Shown here: in pieces, positions 62,156 to 64,000 of the stretch | Position numbering within the stretch: position 1 is the stretch's first letter | Layout: every line of letters starts with the position of its first letter | Assembly: GCA_023898625.1 (NCBI GenBank) | Contig: CP060231.1 | Coordinates: 276,258 to 340,257, forward strand | Length of the DNA stretch: 64,000 bases | Direction: 5' to 3' | Source: Candidatus Nomurabacteria bacterium | Lineage (GTDB): Bacteria; Patescibacteriota; Saccharimonadia; Saccharimonadales; JAGQNJ01 | Position numbers and translations under genes: made by a program | The notes under the pieces: model-generated | What the model was told of the DNA's origin: nothing | Seen by the model: the letters and a program-made list of their open reading frames with translations, nothing else | Databases searched by the model: none

Positions 62156-64000
62156 TGGCCTTCGGCAAAAAACAACAACCACTTGACCCGGTAGCTATTG
62201 CCCAACAACAAGCAATGCGCGAACAACAAGAGGTTAACACAGCTTTTCAAAAAGGTGTGACTGCTCTTCGTGATTTTATTGCCCCGAGTTCATTGGAGTT
62301 TAATTCTTCGTATTTCCAAATCGGAACAAGGCATGCTAGAACATTTTATGTTTTCGGTTACCCTAGACAGCTTTATACCGGATGGCTGAGTAGCTTGATA
62401 AACATTGATGAGATTATTGATATGTCTATGTTCATCTACCCGGTTGAAAGCCAGGTGGTGTTAGAGAACCTTCGCAAAAAGGTTAGCCAATTAGAGGCTG
62501 GCTTACAAATTGATGCCGAGAAGGGAAGGGTTCGTGACCCAGGCAAGCAGGCAGCCATTGTGGATGCTGAAGAAATGCGAGACAAACTTCAAGTTGGTGA
62601 AGAACGGTTCTTTAGGTTTGGCTTTTACTTTACGATTTACGCTAGTAGCCTTGATGAATTAGAATTCGTAACGCATAAAATTGAATCACTTCTTGGCCAA
62701 CAGTTAGTTTATTCTAAGCCCGCGACTTCACAACAAGAACAGGGCTTGAGTAGTACAGTTCCACAATTCACCGATCAGCTTCAAATTAAACGAAACATGA
62801 GCACTGGAGCATTGAGCACTACCTTTCCGTTCACTAGTGCCGACCTTACCCAAGAAAACGGCATTATGTATGGCATAAACATGCATAACTCTGGCTTGGT
62901 GATTTTTGATCGATTTAGCCTAGAAAACAGTAACGCGGTAGTTTTTGCAAAATCCGGTGCCGGGAAATCCTTCACTGTTAAACTTGAAGCTTTGCGAAGT
63001 ATGATGTTTGGAACAGAAGTTGTGATTATAGATCCGGAAAACGAATATCAACGCATGGCCGAAGCTGTTGGTGGTGCATATGTACGTCTTAGCCTAAACT
63101 CCTCAACGCGCATTAATCCTTTTGATTTACCAAGAGTAGTCGACACCGAAGAAGCTGACAATGCACTGCGTAGCAACTTAATCACACTACATGGTTTATT
63201 ACGATTAATGATGGGTGGCGCTCAAGCTCAAATGCAATCTGGGGGTGGCATGGTTGCCCCCGCTCTTAGCCCTGTAGAAGAAGCCGATCTGGACGCCGCC
63301 TTGATTGAAACTTATGCCAAAGCCGGAATCACCAATGACCCCCTAACACACAACTCACCACCACCAACAATAAACGACCTCTATGATACGCTTCTACATA
63401 TGGGTGGAACGGGGCCTCAGCTTGCTCAAAGATTAAGGAAGTACACTAGTGGTACATTCGCTGGTATTTTCTCTCAGCAATCAAATATTGACATCAATAA
63501 TCAGTTAGCTGTGTTTAATATCCGCGATCTTGAAGATGAGCTACGACCAGTAGCAATGTATATAGTACTGAATTTCATATGGAACAGAACAAAAGCAGAC
63601 AAAAAGAAACGTATTTTAATCGTAGACGAGGCGTGGCAACTAATGAAGTATGAAGACTCTGCTAATTTTATGTTTAGCCTAGCAAAACGAGCTCGTAAGT
63701 ATAATCTAGGCATCACAACTATAACTCAGGATGTGGAAGATTTCATGGGAAGTCGAATGGGGCGAGCGATTGTTGCTAACTCATCACTACAAATACTACT
63801 CAAGCAATCGCCTTCTGCGGTTGATGTTTTAGCCGATGTTTTTAAGTTAACAAGTGAGGAACGAAAACGACTCAGTCAGTTCCCGGTTGGTCAAGGATTA
63901 TTTTTTGCCGGACAAAATCATGTTCATATTCAAATTATGGCTAGCCCAACCGAGACTCAGCTAATCACCACCAACCCAAAACAAGTTCAACAAATTCAGG
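62155..64000 (+). CDS. virB4: VirB4/TrbE/PrgJ-like T4SS ATPase, partial (continues beyond the right window edge)
   Basis: ATG overlaps the upstream TAA. My translation gives Walker A AKSGAGKSFTVK (around 62950) and Walker B RILIVDEAWQL (around 63610). Absent from the ORF track because no stop lies in the window. Confidence 0.85.
   Translation, partial: MAFGKKQQPLDPVAIAQQQAMREQQEVNTAFQKGVTALRDFIAPSSLEFNSSYFQIGTRHARTFYVFGYPRQLYTGWLSSLINIDEIIDMSMFIYPVESQVVLENLRKKVSQLEAGLQIDAEKGRVRDPGKQAAIVDAEEMRDKLQVGEERFFRFGFYFTIYASSLDELEFVTHKIESLLGQQLVYSKPATSQQEQGLSSTVPQFTDQLQIKRNMSTGALSTTFPFTSADLTQENGIMYGINMHNSGLVIFDRFSLENSNAVVFAKSGAGKSFTVKLEALRSMMFGTEVVIIDPENEYQRMAEAVGGAYVRLSLNSSTRINPFDLPRVVDTEEADNALRSNLITLHGLLRLMMGGAQAQMQSGGGMVAPALSPVEEADLDAALIETYAKAGITNDPLTHNSPPPTINDLYDTLLHMGGTGPQLAQRLRKYTSGTFAGIFSQQSNIDINNQLAVFNIRDLEDELRPVAMYIVLNFIWNRTKADKKKRILIVDEAWQLMKYEDSANFMFSLAKRARKYNLGITTITQDVEDFMGSRMGRAIVANSSLQILLKQSPSAVDVLADVFKLTSEERKRLSQFPVGQGLFFAGQNHVHIQIMASPTETQLITTNPKQVQQIQ

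Overview
The window looks like a low-GC, gene-dense chromosome segment. Hand counts give roughly 35-42% GC. The gene content resembles Patescibacteria/CPR, probably Saccharibacteria; this placement is inference, no search was run.

Housekeeping genes recognised from motifs:
- argS, valS, groES-groEL with a CIRCE operator, tsaD, orn, mscL
- a MurE-like ligase, a PGI/PMI isomerase, a MacB-type ABC pair, comFC and hsp20
- four tRNAs: three Ser isoacceptors and Arg-GCG

Accessory content:
1. Two orphan genes of about 57-59% GC at 22.8 kb and 31.7 kb. Each has an AT-rich promoter and a strong RBS. The second sits behind an ORF-free, highly structured ~0.6 kb segment and ahead of a branched terminator.
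2. A tRNA-Arg-flanked island at 36.9-45.7 kb. It holds a decayed large serine recombinase, a small HTH protein, purN, a PurS-PurS-PurL fusion, purQ, purM and a frameshifted SMODS/CD-NTase-like gene.
3. A cohesin/dockerin surface-protein pair.
4. An XRE-nucleotidyltransferase-unknown cassette beside two tRNA-Ser genes, bounded by GC-rich hairpins.
5. A divergent type IV secretion-like locus from 53.3 kb to the window edge. It has six tandem VirB2-like pilin paralogs, VirB6-like, PrgI/VirB3-like and VirB4-like genes. Two Cys-rich secreted proteins in it share a 234-bp near-identical C-terminal module.
6. A CDP-alcohol phosphatidyltransferase-PHP-CarS lipid head-group operon and a DsbB-NDH-2-DoxX redox cluster.

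No rRNA genes or CRISPR arrays were seen.
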